Shown: positions 19,810 through 29,059 of the stretch, piece after piece
Layout of the letters: each line of letters starts with the position of its first letter
Position numbering within the stretch: the stretch's first letter is position 1
From: an uncultured Pseudomonadales bacterium
GTDB lineage: Bacteria > Pseudomonadota > Gammaproteobacteria > Pseudomonadales > Pseudohongiellaceae
Direction: 5' to 3'
NCBI GenBank assembly: GCA_947259995.1
Contig: CAMYOK010000002.1
Coordinates: 224,881 to 288,880, forward strand
Length of the DNA: 64,000 nt
Made by a program: the position numbers and the translations under genes
Notes under the pieces: generated by a model
The model's database searches: none
What the model saw: only the letters and a program-made list of their open reading frames with translations
What the model was told of the DNA's origin: nothing

Positions 19810-21615
19810 ATGCGCTATCTTTCGAACGATTGCTCGATTTTTGCAAGCCCTCAGTCACGACATTCGAGTTGCACCTTCATGCTTAGCCACGACCAGATTA
19901 TGCAAGACTTGCAGGCGCTGAAGGAAATTGGCAGCCGCCTGAAAGCCCCGGAATCGCCCTTCGCGGTCTCAACATTATCGATCAATGGCATTGATACCCC
20001 GATCTTCAGCAAAGCCCCCAATAACCTATTCGAAATCTATAAACTCTGCCTAGAACAACCAGACCTCCCTTTTCTGATCTATCAGGATGAGCGCTATAGC
20101 TTCGGCGAAAGTTTTTGCTTAGCAACCAAGATGGCCGGGATTCTGCAGCATGACTTTGGCATCGAGAAAGGCGACCGCGTCGCTATTTGTTCCCGCAATA
20201 ATCCGCAGTGGTGTATCGCCTATATGGCTATCACTATGCTTGGGGCCGTCGTGGTACCCATGAACTCGTGGTGGCAAAGCAATGAGCTTCAATTCGGCCT
20301 GCAAGATAGTGGCAGCAAGCTGCTTTTCGCAGACCCAGAGCGCATTACACGATTGCATAGCGAGACCGACCGACGACAAGTACAGATTATTGCGATTGAC
20401 CCAAAGCAAGAGACTGACTACCCAAATTTTCAAGCATTGCTGAACAAGCAATCAGACGCGGTGGACTTCGACCCAGCAGCACAAAGCGTAAGCCCCGAGG
20501 ACAATGCTTCCATCATGTATACCTCAGGCTCTACGGGGCAACCAAAGGGGGTGCTCTCGACACACCGTGCCATCATTAGCGCGCTTTATTCATGGCATTT
20601 CGCCAAGGAGATGGGGGAAGAGCTAAGGCCCGAACTCAAAGCCCCAGAGGACGCTCCCCAACCGGGGGTGCTGGCCAATGTGCCTCTATTCCACGTCACG
20701 GGAAACCATGCGCAGTTCTTGCTGAGTTTTCTCTACAAACGCAAGTTTGTAATGATGTACAAATGGAATGCCGAACAAGCTCTCGCGCTCATAGAAAAAG
20801 AGCAGCTCTCTGTGCTTCATGGAGTCCCTACTATGACCTGGGAAGTCATGAACTCTCCAGATTTTGCCAAGACTGACCTGAGCACACTGCGCAGCGTTCA
20901 ATCGGGGGGTGCAGCGCGTCCTCCGGAGCATTTGGCAATGATGCAACAGCGCTTCCCAGAACAAGCTCAACCCGGCCTAGGGTATGGCTTGACTGAAACC
21001 AACGCGATAGGTGCCACGATCACTGGCAAGTTTTATTATGCCAAACCAGAAAGCACCGGCAGGCCAACGCCCCCAGTCACCAGCATCCGTATTGAGGATG
21101 AGCAGGGCAAAGTGCTCGCAAGCGGACAGATAGGCGAGATTTGCATCAAAGGCCCAACCGTCATGAAGGGCTATTGGCAAAGACCACAAGACACAGCCGA
21201 GGCTATCAAAGACGGTTGGTTCCACACCGGGGATCTTGGCTTGCTCGATGCCCATGGATTTCTAATCATCAAAGACCGCGCCAAAGATATTGTCATCCGT
21301 GGTGGCGAGAATATCGCATGCGCAGAGGTCGAGTATGCCCTGGCCGAGCACCCCAAAGTATGCGAAGCGGCAGTTTTTGGAATTCCTGACGCCCGCCTAG
21401 GGGAGCGCGTCGCTGCCGCGATTATGGTGATGCCTAGCACCTCCGTCACCCAAGACGAGCTTAATGAGTTTCTCTCCACGCGAATTGCAGGATTTAAGAT
21501 CCCGTCTTTTTATCGTATTCAGCAAGAGCAACTAGCACGTATCGCTAGCGGCAAGATCGCCAAAAAACTCATACGGGAATCCGTTATAGAATCCTTGCCC
21601 TCTCTTAGTCAGTAA
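19810..21615 (+). CDS. AMP-dependent acyl-CoA synthetase/ligase (FadD-like)
   Basis: Has the AMP-binding motif MYTSGSTGQPKGV, plus YGLTET, TGDLG and the terminal GKIAKK. The true start may be Met24 (19879). Confidence 0.85.
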   Translation: MRYLSNDCSIFASPQSRHSSCTFMLSHDQIMQDLQALKEIGSRLKAPESPFAVSTLSINGIDTPIFSKAPNNLFEIYKLCLEQPDLPFLIYQDERYSFGESFCLATKMAGILQHDFGIEKGDRVAICSRNNPQWCIAYMAITMLGAVVVPMNSWWQSNELQFGLQDSGSKLLFADPERITRLHSETDRRQVQIIAIDPKQETDYPNFQALLNKQSDAVDFDPAAQSVSPEDNASIMYTSGSTGQPKGVLSTHRAIISALYSWHFAKEMGEELRPELKAPEDAPQPGVLANVPLFHVTGNHAQFLLSFLYKRKFVMMYKWNAEQALALIEKEQLSVLHGVPTMTWEVMNSPDFAKTDLSTLRSVQSGGAARPPEHLAMMQQRFPEQAQPGLGYGLTETNAIGATITGKFYYAKPESTGRPTPPVTSIRIEDEQGKVLASGQIGEICIKGPTVMKGYWQRPQDTAEAIKDGWFHTGDLGLLDAHGFLIIKDRAKDIVIRGGENIACAEVEYALAEHPKVCEAAVFGIPDARLGERVAAAIMVMPSTSVTQDELNEFLSTRIAGFKIPSFYRIQQEQLARIASGKIAKKLIRESVIESLPSLSQ

Positions 21616-21748
21616 CCGCCGACTAACCATTGTTTTTTGTTTCCTCCCTCAGCAAAACTATGCAGCTGTCAGGGGCAGCCTTCTTGCCGCCAAATGATAA
21701 TTTCATTATAATGTGGTTATCATAACGCGGGGCAAATGAGAGGCGAGC

Positions 21749-23437
21749 ATGCTAGCGATTGTCGAAGCAAACAAAGCCGGCCTGCTTCGGCCTAAGCATT
21801 GGCTCAACAATATCATTGCCGGTGTGATAGTGGGGGTGGTCGCCCTCCCACTGGCCATGGCGTTCGCGATAGCCTCTGGTGCCAAACCTGAGCAAGGCTT
21901 ATATACCGCAATCATCGCTGGGCTATTTGTGTCGTCCTTTGGCGGAACTCGTGCACAAATAGCCGGCCCCACCGGCGCATTTGTCGTAGTACTTTCGGGA
22001 ATCACCGCGCAATATGGAATAGAAGGCCTACAGATCGCCAGTTTGATGGCGGGCTTCATTTTGCTGCTCCTAGGGCTTGCCAAGATGGGAGCGGTCATCA
22101 AATATATTCCAGAGCCGGTGATCGTCGGCTTTTCTGCCGGCATTGGCGTTACGATATGGGTTGGACAGTGGCAAGACTTTTTTGGACTGCCCGCGGTCTC
22201 TGCAGAGCACTTTCACCTTAAATTGTTACATCTACTACAAGCTTTTCCGCAACTCGATGTTGCCAGTACTCTGCTCGCCTTTCTGGCGCTTTTCCTTGTG
22301 CTATTTAGTGCCAAAATACCAAAGCTAAGCCGCCTACCAGGGCCGCTAGTGGCGTTATTGCTTGTCACCGGCCTGCAGCTAGTCTTTCAGTTCGAAGGCA
22401 TTAAGACGATCGGCAACACTTTCGGTGGGATCCCGCAGGGCTTGCCTAGTTTTTCGGTCCCTTCCATTACTTGGGGAGAGGTAATCGAGTTGATCGGCCC
22501 TGCCTTTACCATTGCCATGTTGGGTGCAATAGAGTCTCTCCTATCTGCCGTCGTCGCAGATGGAATGACCGGGTATAGACACAATTCGAATCAAGAGCTT
22601 CTGGGGCAAGGGCTGGCTAACATGGTCGCACCATTGTTTGGTGGCTTTGCAGCAACAGGAGCGATCGCGAGGACTGCCACCAATATTCGTAATGGTGGCA
22701 CCAGCCCAATAGCAGGCATTGTCCACTCCCTTACTCTGATCGCCGTTCTCCTCATACTAACTCCCTACGCGGTCCATATTCCGCTCGCCTGCCTCGCCGC
22801 TATTCTTTTTGTGGTGGCTTGGAACATGAGTGAGCCTAGACGTTTTGTGCAAATGTTACGCCGGGCACCGCGCGCAGACGTCGCCATTCTCCTAATCACT
22901 TTTTCTTTAACGGTGTTTGCCGACTTAGTCGTGGCAGTGAATATTGGCGTTATTTTAGCCACTGCGCAGTTTCTGCGCCGAATGGCTGGCAGTGTCGAAG
23001 TTCGCCATAGCGGTGCGGAAGAACTATCGCAGGAGATTGCACAACAAAGTTTTAGCGCCCCCCCGGCCAATCTCGCGGTGTTTTCGGTTGAGGGCCCTTT
23101 ATTCTTCGCAGCAGCCGAGCGTTTTGAGGAACTTTTAAAACAGACTAGACCAGAGGTGACTCAGGTGTTGATCCGGCTAAAGTGGGTACCCTTTGTCGAC
23201 ATAACGGGCTTAGAAAGTTTAGAAGCGGTAATTGAGCATCTGCAACAACGAGGCATTCATGTCATGCTCTCCGGAGCGAACGATCGCGTCAGGGGCAAGC
23301 TTGCTAAAGCGGGCATTCTTGCTTTGCTGGGCACAGCAAACCACTTCCCTACTTTTGCGCACGCCTTAGCAGCGCTCAACAATGACACTGGTGGTGAATC
23401 AGACTTCGCACAAAAAGCGCGCGCGCCTATTTCTTGA
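21749..23437 (+). CDS. SulP-family anion (sulfate/bicarbonate) transporter with a C-terminal STAS domain
   Basis: 562 aa. Has IIAGVIVGVVALPLAMAFAIASG, a polytopic core, and a C-terminal STAS-like region (FSVEGPLFFAAAERF...LKWVPFVDITGLESL). Confidence 0.9.
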   Translation: MLAIVEANKAGLLRPKHWLNNIIAGVIVGVVALPLAMAFAIASGAKPEQGLYTAIIAGLFVSSFGGTRAQIAGPTGAFVVVLSGITAQYGIEGLQIASLMAGFILLLLGLAKMGAVIKYIPEPVIVGFSAGIGVTIWVGQWQDFFGLPAVSAEHFHLKLLHLLQAFPQLDVASTLLAFLALFLVLFSAKIPKLSRLPGPLVALLLVTGLQLVFQFEGIKTIGNTFGGIPQGLPSFSVPSITWGEVIELIGPAFTIAMLGAIESLLSAVVADGMTGYRHNSNQELLGQGLANMVAPLFGGFAATGAIARTATNIRNGGTSPIAGIVHSLTLIAVLLILTPYAVHIPLACLAAILFVVAWNMSEPRRFVQMLRRAPRADVAILLITFSLTVFADLVVAVNIGVILATAQFLRRMAGSVEVRHSGAEELSQEIAQQSFSAPPANLAVFSVEGPLFFAAAERFEELLKQTRPEVTQVLIRLKWVPFVDITGLESLEAVIEHLQQRGIHVMLSGANDRVRGKLAKAGILALLGTANHFPTFAHALAALNNDTGGESDFAQKARAPIS

Positions 23438-23621
23438 TCTGCGGGTTTTTAACAACATTGCTGTCGTCGAGATAGCTGACACCATGTGCCTCTAGATATT
23501 CGCGGATCAGTTGTCTAACAACTTGCGAGGGGGTCAAATCTTGTGAAGCGCACAGCGTCTCAAAAGCCTGCTTTTTTCTTGGGTCCATTAGGACCGTAAA
23601 TCGCGCCGTCTTACTTTCCAC
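23427..23621 (-). CDS. Ribbon-helix-helix (CopG/ParD-like) DNA-binding protein
   Basis: 64 aa with a GTG start. It has an N-terminal beta strand (ARFTVLMD) followed by two helices (KKQAFETLCASQDLTPSQVVRQLIREYLEAHG), the canonical RHH layout. Its 3' end overlaps the convergent SulP gene by 11 nt. Confidence 0.65.
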   Translation of the reverse strand: MESKTARFTVLMDPRKKQAFETLCASQDLTPSQVVRQLIREYLEAHGVSYLDDSNVVKNPQIKK

Positions 23622-23643
23622 TTTTTGCCGCCTCTCTTCGAGT

Positions 23644-23667
23644 GATTATAATAATTCAATTATAATC
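23644..23667. promoter_or_regulatory. Perfect 8 bp inverted repeat GATTATAA-N8-TTATAATC between the Smr and RHH genes (putative RHH operator containing TATAAT-like hexamers)
   Basis: Read directly: gattataa taattcaa ttataatc. It lies 23-46 nt upstream of the RHH start codon. Confidence 0.4.
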
Positions 23668-23672
23668 AAATT

Positions 23673-24026
23673 CTAATGACGATTACCTCCTCTAATTGTG
23701 ACTAGGAACGCCCCTGTATTGCCGTTGTCATGATCAAAACCCATTATTTCACCACTGTGCTTTAACCAACTCAATTGGCGCATGACCTCATCTCTAATCA
23801 GCCCTCGCCCAACAATCACTCGTATGCCTTGCACATGCTCCAGTCGTGCCGCGTCTAAAACCGCACTTAATTTGGCTAAAGCCTGAGGAATGGTTTCGCG
23901 GTTATGAGCAATATCACAGCGAAAAATCGACCCATCGGTTTGCTTTGCAATTTCAGCATCACACTTGGGGCAGTTGGCGGTATTAAGGCCAACTTCCATT
24001 CCGCAATCTAAACACGTTTTTAGCAT
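23673..24026 (-). CDS. Zinc-ribbon plus Smr (small MutS-related) domain protein
   Basis: I chose the start at Met21 (24026), which is preceded by AGGAGA. The N-terminus has CLDCG...CPKCD (zinc ribbon). The C-terminus CDIAHNRETIPQALAKLSAVLDAARLEHVQGIRVIVGRG...GNTGAFLVTIR fits the Smr pattern (DLHG...A...L...II.GKG...GG.GA..V.L). Confidence 0.6.
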   Translation of the reverse strand: MLKTCLDCGMEVGLNTANCPKCDAEIAKQTDGSIFRCDIAHNRETIPQALAKLSAVLDAARLEHVQGIRVIVGRGLIRDEVMRQLSWLKHSGEIMGFDHDNGNTGAFLVTIRGGNRH

Positions 24027-24310
24027 ACTTCTCCTGCTTATAATCTTTAGCTTAACTTCGACACAAAAAATCCTTAAAAGTGTCATAAGAAAGACTTATC
24101 TTACTGCTAGCCTGCCTAGTCAATAATGGCTACACGCCAGGTAGCACAAGGCTTACAGCAAATTTTAAAAATACTTAATCAAACTATTGCTTTCTGCAAT
24201 TTTATAACGATAATTCGCATCGTACACAGCCTATTCATGCAGTTAGTAGGCCGTAGTGACACCAAGCTAGGCAACTCCGACTAAACACGATTAAACGAGA
24301 GATTAATCAA

Positions 24311-24583
24311 ATGAAAAGTCATCAGTGGGATGATATCGCCGACAATGCAAAAGACTTCTTCGATTCGGGTGCTTTTATACCAGATTCGGAGATAGAAGAG
24401 CCAAATGACAAGCGTATCCAAAAGCGTCGTTTGACCGAGATGCGTCGACGCACAGAAGAGCGACTCGATTGGAAGCGCATGTATGGCGAATTACAATTCG
24501 ACGACGACGGTAGCGAAGTCAACGTAAGACAAAGCGTTGATGTGGATGACTACGACTTCGACGACGATTTCGACGACCGCTAA
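24311..24583 (+). CDS. Small highly acidic protein with a central basic helix (hypothetical)
   Basis: 90 aa. Has a D/E-rich C-terminus (DVDDYDFDDDFDDR) and a central KRIQKRRLTEMRRRTEERLDWKR segment. It vaguely resembles PA3496-type small proteins, but I am not confident of that. Confidence 0.45.
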   Translation: MKSHQWDDIADNAKDFFDSGAFIPDSEIEEPNDKRIQKRRLTEMRRRTEERLDWKRMYGELQFDDDGSEVNVRQSVDVDDYDFDDDFDDR

Positions 24584-24605
24584 GCACGCCGTTCGTCTCT
24601 TTTAA

Positions 24606-24628
24606 AAGCCCTCGCATCCTGAGGGCTT
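24606..24628 (+). terminator. Hairpin AAGCCCTC-GCATCCT-GAGGGCTT downstream of the acidic-protein gene
   Basis: Perfect 8 bp stem with a 7 nt loop, 23 nt after the stop codon. No T-run follows, so this is a weak call. Confidence 0.3.
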
Positions 24629-24832
24629 GGCTTCCTTAACCTCTGTTTTATGCCCTTCTTAGTCTAATGCCGTTTCGGCTTAATGGAATAAATCTCTATT
24701 AGTGCAAACACTTAGCGATGGGCCTAGCAAGGAATTGAAATTTCTGTTCACCTACTTGCCGAACTAGTGTACTGTTTCGGCCTTAAACACGAGTTAGTTC
24801 TGTAATTTTTTTGTAATCCGGTTTTTTAAATC

Positions 24833-25591
24833 ATGACGTATTGTGTGGCAATCGCCGTCGATGCAGGCATGGTCTTTTGCTCAGATTCCCGCACGAATGC
24901 AGGCATAGATCAGGTTAGCACTTATAGCAAAATGTATCGCTTTGGAGTCGACGGGCAGCGCCAATTCGTCATCCTTTCGGCGGGCAATCTTGCCACTACT
25001 CAAGCGACAATCTCCCAAATAAAGCGGGACATAAAAGAGCGGGCGACCACAAGTTTATTAACGGTGGAATCCCTAGCGGATGCCGCCGATTACTTAGGTG
25101 ATGTGTCACTGGCCCAACAAGAGAAACATGCAAAGACAGGGGTTTCTTTCGAGGCCAGTTTTATCATTGGCGGTCAAATAGCTAACAGTAAGCATCGCAT
25201 CATGTTGGTCTACCCACAGGGCAACCATATCACTAGCTCTAAAGACACGCCCTATCTGCAAATTGGCGAGAGCAAGTACGGCAAACCCATTCTCGACCGC
25301 ATTCTCACCCCAGAGCTCAATCTAGACACCTGCGCACTCTGCGCCATGGTCTCGATGGACTCGACAATGCGCAGTAATTTGAGTGTCGGCCCCCCCATTG
25401 AAACTCTCGTATACCGAACTGACACCATGACCTTAATTGAGCCATTGCGCTTCGATGAGGACAGTGAGTTTTTGCGGGAATTAAAGCGTAGTTGGGATCA
25501 GCGACTCAAGGATGCATTTCGACAAATGCCCCCTTTCGCCTGGGCATCTAGTTGGGATAAATCCGCTGATGAACAAAACGGAGCTTATTAA
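24833..25591 (+). CDS. Anbu (ancestral beta-subunit) proteasome-homologue peptidase
   Basis: 252 aa. The N-terminus is MTYCVAIAVDAGMVFCSDSRTNAG, with Thr right after the initiator Met. Length and motifs match the bacterial proteasome-type protease (COG3484). The neighbouring ATP-grasp, alpha-E and transglutaminase genes fit the Anbu context. Confidence 0.85.
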   Translation: MTYCVAIAVDAGMVFCSDSRTNAGIDQVSTYSKMYRFGVDGQRQFVILSAGNLATTQATISQIKRDIKERATTSLLTVESLADAADYLGDVSLAQQEKHAKTGVSFEASFIIGGQIANSKHRIMLVYPQGNHITSSKDTPYLQIGESKYGKPILDRILTPELNLDTCALCAMVSMDSTMRSNLSVGPPIETLVYRTDTMTLIEPLRFDEDSEFLRELKRSWDQRLKDAFRQMPPFAWASSWDKSADEQNGAY

Positions 25592-26597
25592 GCGTCGTTT
25601 CTGAGAGCACAAACGGATAAGCATCTTGCAGGCCCATACTGCGATTTAACGCGTTCATCGCTACCGAAACACTATCCCAGTTCTTTAAGCACAACTCAAT
25701 ATCGGGCGCGACGTTGGGTGTTATCAGTTTCTCTTGTAATAAACCTACCTGCCAAGCCGTCTCTAAGCAGTCGACCATATGCAGGTAATGCGCCCAACAT
25801 TCGGCCCAATCTTCATGCGGGTGCATTTGCGCATAGGCACTCACTTTGTCGTTATCAGACGCGCTCGCGGGGCGCTCGTAATGCTCCTTCATCGCCTCTT
25901 CGTAGTCAGCCCGCTCATCGCCAAACAATTCTCTAAACTGCTCTATCGCTGCAGGCGTATTGACGACTTTTTCGAAATAATAATGCCCACTCTCATGGCG
26001 AAAATGCCCGAGCAATGTTCTGTATGATTCACCGAGACTCTGCCTCGCTTGCTCGCGATTTACACCATCGGCTTCTGCCAAGTTCACCGTGATCAAGCCT
26101 TCAAGGTGGCCTGTAAGCACATGCTCTTCTTCCACGTTCGGGTTTGAGCGCTGATCTTCAAGAAACGAGAAGGCAAGCCCAGACTCATTGCTCGCTTTGC
26201 TTTCAACTGGCAGCCCTAGTGCTAGCAAGGTGTAGATCAAGCGTCTTTTCGCCGCCTCCATACGCCCCCACCATTTACGCCTTTGTGAGGCACGATAACT
26301 GGCTCCTACTTTTGGCACAGTATCGTTTAGGGAACAGGCAAGACAAAAGCTGTCTTGGGAGTTCACTACCAACCAATTGCACACGTGGAAGTCGGTATCA
26401 TTGCTGCAACGGCGATAAAGATTGCCGTGATCAACATCGCGCCATTGCCCTGTGGCCTCATCCGAATCGGGGCTTGAGGGTTCTATCGCCAGAAGTTCGG
26501 CGCGCAACGGATCGTAACCCAGCAGGCGCTGGCAGGCATTACAAGTCGTGTTTTCGAAAAACAGACTTTGCCCGCATGTACACTGAAAATCTCTCAT
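25548..26597 (-). CDS. Zinc-ribbon plus putative zinc metallopeptidase (Peptidase_Mx-like, HExxH)
   Basis: 349 aa. The N-terminus is MRDFQCTCGQSLFFENTTCNACQRLLGYDP (zinc ribbon), and HESGH is present in LLGHFRHESGHYYF. It is the last gene of the three-gene minus-strand operon with the ATP-grasp and alpha-E genes. Confidence 0.75.
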   Translation of the reverse strand: MRDFQCTCGQSLFFENTTCNACQRLLGYDPLRAELLAIEPSSPDSDEATGQWRDVDHGNLYRRCSNDTDFHVCNWLVVNSQDSFCLACSLNDTVPKVGASYRASQRRKWWGRMEAAKRRLIYTLLALGLPVESKASNESGLAFSFLEDQRSNPNVEEEHVLTGHLEGLITVNLAEADGVNREQARQSLGESYRTLLGHFRHESGHYYFEKVVNTPAAIEQFRELFGDERADYEEAMKEHYERPASASDNDKVSAYAQMHPHEDWAECWAHYLHMVDCLETAWQVGLLQEKLITPNVAPDIELCLKNWDSVSVAMNALNRSMGLQDAYPFVLSETTLNKLRFVHQRIYPN

Positions 26598-26613
26598 GCA
26601 CAGTACTCGCTAA

Positions 26614-27588
26614 TCAAGCAGATTGTTGTTGCTCACTGACAACGGGGAGGAACCATGTCTCAGTAATACTGGCATGGATGTTCGCAAACTCAACTTGCAG
26701 CTCATCGATGTACTCAAGAAGGCCGCTGTCTAGCAGTTCAGCAATATTTGCGTCGTCCACTAATGCAACAGCTTCAGACACTTGCCTTAAAGCCGCCTCA
26801 TTGTTTGGCAAAAACTTCAAACAAGCTTCTAATTTGCCAAGGCAATGTCTAACGGCTCTTGGGAACTGCGAGTCTTGCAACAGGAAGGTCACTACATCTT
26901 CGCCATTGACTCGATCGAGCACATGCTGACGATACATTTGGTAAGCACTTAGGGAATGCAACACACTCATCCAAATCATATTCGCAAATGGGCGTGTTGA
27001 CTGCTCAGCCGTAGCACCAGTTTGGGTGAGGCTAGGCAATAGAGTGATAGAACCAACATCGACGATACGGGTGGTCATGTCTGCACGTTCTAAGCTGCGA
27101 GCAATACGCAAAAAATTGTAGCCACTGTTGTGACTCATGGCACCGGCTAACAGGCCAGCGATTTGCTGGCAGTGCGCAATGATGTCTTGCAGCAACTGAT
27201 GCCGAGGCCCTCGTGCCGTGGCCTTGCCCATACTCTCTTTGGTAAAGAGGTAGAGCTTATTGATCTGTTCCCAAGCTTCAGTCGGTATAATTTCACGAGT
27301 GGTTCGAGCGTTCTCACGGGCTAGCCCAAGAGAGCTGATAATCGATGAATAGTTATTCTGATCGGACAATAAAAACCTGTTCACCGAACGCTCATCAGTG
27401 TTCTGATAAGTCTTGCTGAACTCGTCTTGACTGCCTGTTATTTCAACCAGAGTATGCCAGCCTACCTTCGCTCCGCGTGGCAAGTCCAAGAGTAAATTCG
27501 AGTACACTGTCAGCAAACGCGCTGTATTCTCGGTTCGCTCTAAATAACGACCTAACCAATATATACGCTCAGCAACTCGAGATAACAT
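26614..27588 (-). CDS. Alpha-E domain protein (COG2307)
   Basis: 324 aa. The N-terminus MLSRVAERIYWLGRYLERTENTARLL is the hallmark of alpha-E domain proteins that partner circularly permuted ATP-grasp enzymes. Confidence 0.85.
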   Translation of the reverse strand: MLSRVAERIYWLGRYLERTENTARLLTVYSNLLLDLPRGAKVGWHTLVEITGSQDEFSKTYQNTDERSVNRFLLSDQNNYSSIISSLGLARENARTTREIIPTEAWEQINKLYLFTKESMGKATARGPRHQLLQDIIAHCQQIAGLLAGAMSHNSGYNFLRIARSLERADMTTRIVDVGSITLLPSLTQTGATAEQSTRPFANMIWMSVLHSLSAYQMYRQHVLDRVNGEDVVTFLLQDSQFPRAVRHCLGKLEACLKFLPNNEAALRQVSEAVALVDDANIAELLDSGLLEYIDELQVEFANIHASITETWFLPVVSEQQQSA

Positions 27589-27591
27589 GGC

Positions 27592-29040
27592 TCAGCGCTC
27601 CTCATCCGAAACGATCCAAGTGTCTTTACTTCCGCCACCTTGTGAAGAGTTCACGATATAGGAGCCCTTCACCATAGCCACGCGAGTTAAGCCGCCTGGA
27701 GTCACATAGGAGTCACGCCCCTGTAGGACAAAGGGCCGCAAATCGATGTGCCGGGGCTCTGCGCCGCGGTCGACTAATACCGGGGCGGTGGACAATGAAA
27801 TAAGTGGTTGCGCCATATAATTGCGCGGGTTGGCTTTGATTTTCTTGGCAAAGTCGGCGCGCTCTTTTTTGCTAGCTTGTGGCCCCATTAACATGCCATA
27901 GCCCCCAGATTCGTTCGCAGGCTTTACGACCAATTTGTCGAGGTTGGCCAATACATGTTGGCATTGCTTTTCATCGACACAAAGATAACTCGGGACGTTC
28001 TCTAGCAATGGCTCTTCGCCAAGATAGTATTTGATCATGGCAGGCACGTAGGTGTAGATCACTTTGTCATCGGCCACACCAGCCCCTGGAGCGTTGGCTA
28101 GCGCCACATTGCCTTTCAACCAGGCGCGCATAAGCCCTGGCACACCAAGGGCGGAATCGGGATTAAAGACTTCAGGGTCAAGGAACAAATCATCGATGCG
28201 GCGATAGATTACGTCGACTCGAGAAAGCCCATTAATGGTCCGCATGTAGACGCAATCATCCTCAACGACCAGGTCACCCCCCTCTACTAACTCGGCCCCC
28301 ATACGCTGGGCAAGAAATGAGTGTTCAAAATAGGCTGAGTTATAAATGCCAGGCGTCAATACGACCACTTCGGGATAATCTAAAGGTCTAGGCGAAATCG
28401 CCGCCAAGGTATCGAACAAATGGGAGGTGTATTCAGTGATCGGGAGAATATTGTAATTCTCAAAAAGTTCTGGAAAGACGCGTTTGGTCACTTTACGGTT
28501 TTCCAGCATATAAGACACGCCAGAGGGAACTCGTAAATTATCCTCTAAAACATAGAACTGACCATTGGTGTCCCGAATGAGATCGGTGCCACAAATATGT
28601 GCCCAGACGCCATGGCGAGGCTTCATCCCTATGCACTCTTTACGGAAATTCACCGATTTGGCTATCAACTCAGCAGGAACGACCTTGTCTTTGAGTATCT
28701 TCTGGTCATTGTAGATGTCGTCGATAAAACAGTTTAAAGCACGTAGACGTTGTTCCAGTCCTTGACTTGTCTTCTGCCATTGTGTTTCTGTGATGATTCG
28801 AGGAATAATATCAAACGGCCACTCCCGATCGATGTTGCCCGCTTCACTATAAACGGTAAACGAGATACCCATCGCCTTAATGGCGAGTTCAGCAGCTGTC
28901 TTTCGTTGTTGAAGATCATCACTTTTTAGCGAAGCGAGATAGCGAGCCAGAATTCGACCTGACTTTCGGGGGTACCCGGGCGAACTAATCAGTTCGTCAT
29001 AGAAGGCGCCGGGGTTATATGATTTCCAGTCAATTTGCAT
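27592..29040 (-). CDS. Circularly permuted type-2 ATP-grasp (amidoligase) protein (COG2308)
   Basis: 482 aa. Its stop is 3 nt from the alpha-E start. Sequence segments (NYNILPITEY..., VVKPANESGGYGMLMGP, GGLTRVA) match this family as I remember it. Confidence 0.85.
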   Translation of the reverse strand: MQIDWKSYNPGAFYDELISSPGYPRKSGRILARYLASLKSDDLQQRKTAAELAIKAMGISFTVYSEAGNIDREWPFDIIPRIITETQWQKTSQGLEQRLRALNCFIDDIYNDQKILKDKVVPAELIAKSVNFRKECIGMKPRHGVWAHICGTDLIRDTNGQFYVLEDNLRVPSGVSYMLENRKVTKRVFPELFENYNILPITEYTSHLFDTLAAISPRPLDYPEVVVLTPGIYNSAYFEHSFLAQRMGAELVEGGDLVVEDDCVYMRTINGLSRVDVIYRRIDDLFLDPEVFNPDSALGVPGLMRAWLKGNVALANAPGAGVADDKVIYTYVPAMIKYYLGEEPLLENVPSYLCVDEKQCQHVLANLDKLVVKPANESGGYGMLMGPQASKKERADFAKKIKANPRNYMAQPLISLSTAPVLVDRGAEPRHIDLRPFVLQGRDSYVTPGGLTRVAMVKGSYIVNSSQGGGSKDTWIVSDEER

Positions 29041-29059
29041 ATATGAGCAACATTACCTT

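Noticed and set aside
26144-26929. 261 aa plus-strand ORF
   Set aside because: It is antisense across the zinc-peptidase/alpha-E gene junction. It is rich in Ser, Arg and Cys, as expected for the reverse frame of a coding region, and both opposite-strand genes have strong family signatures.
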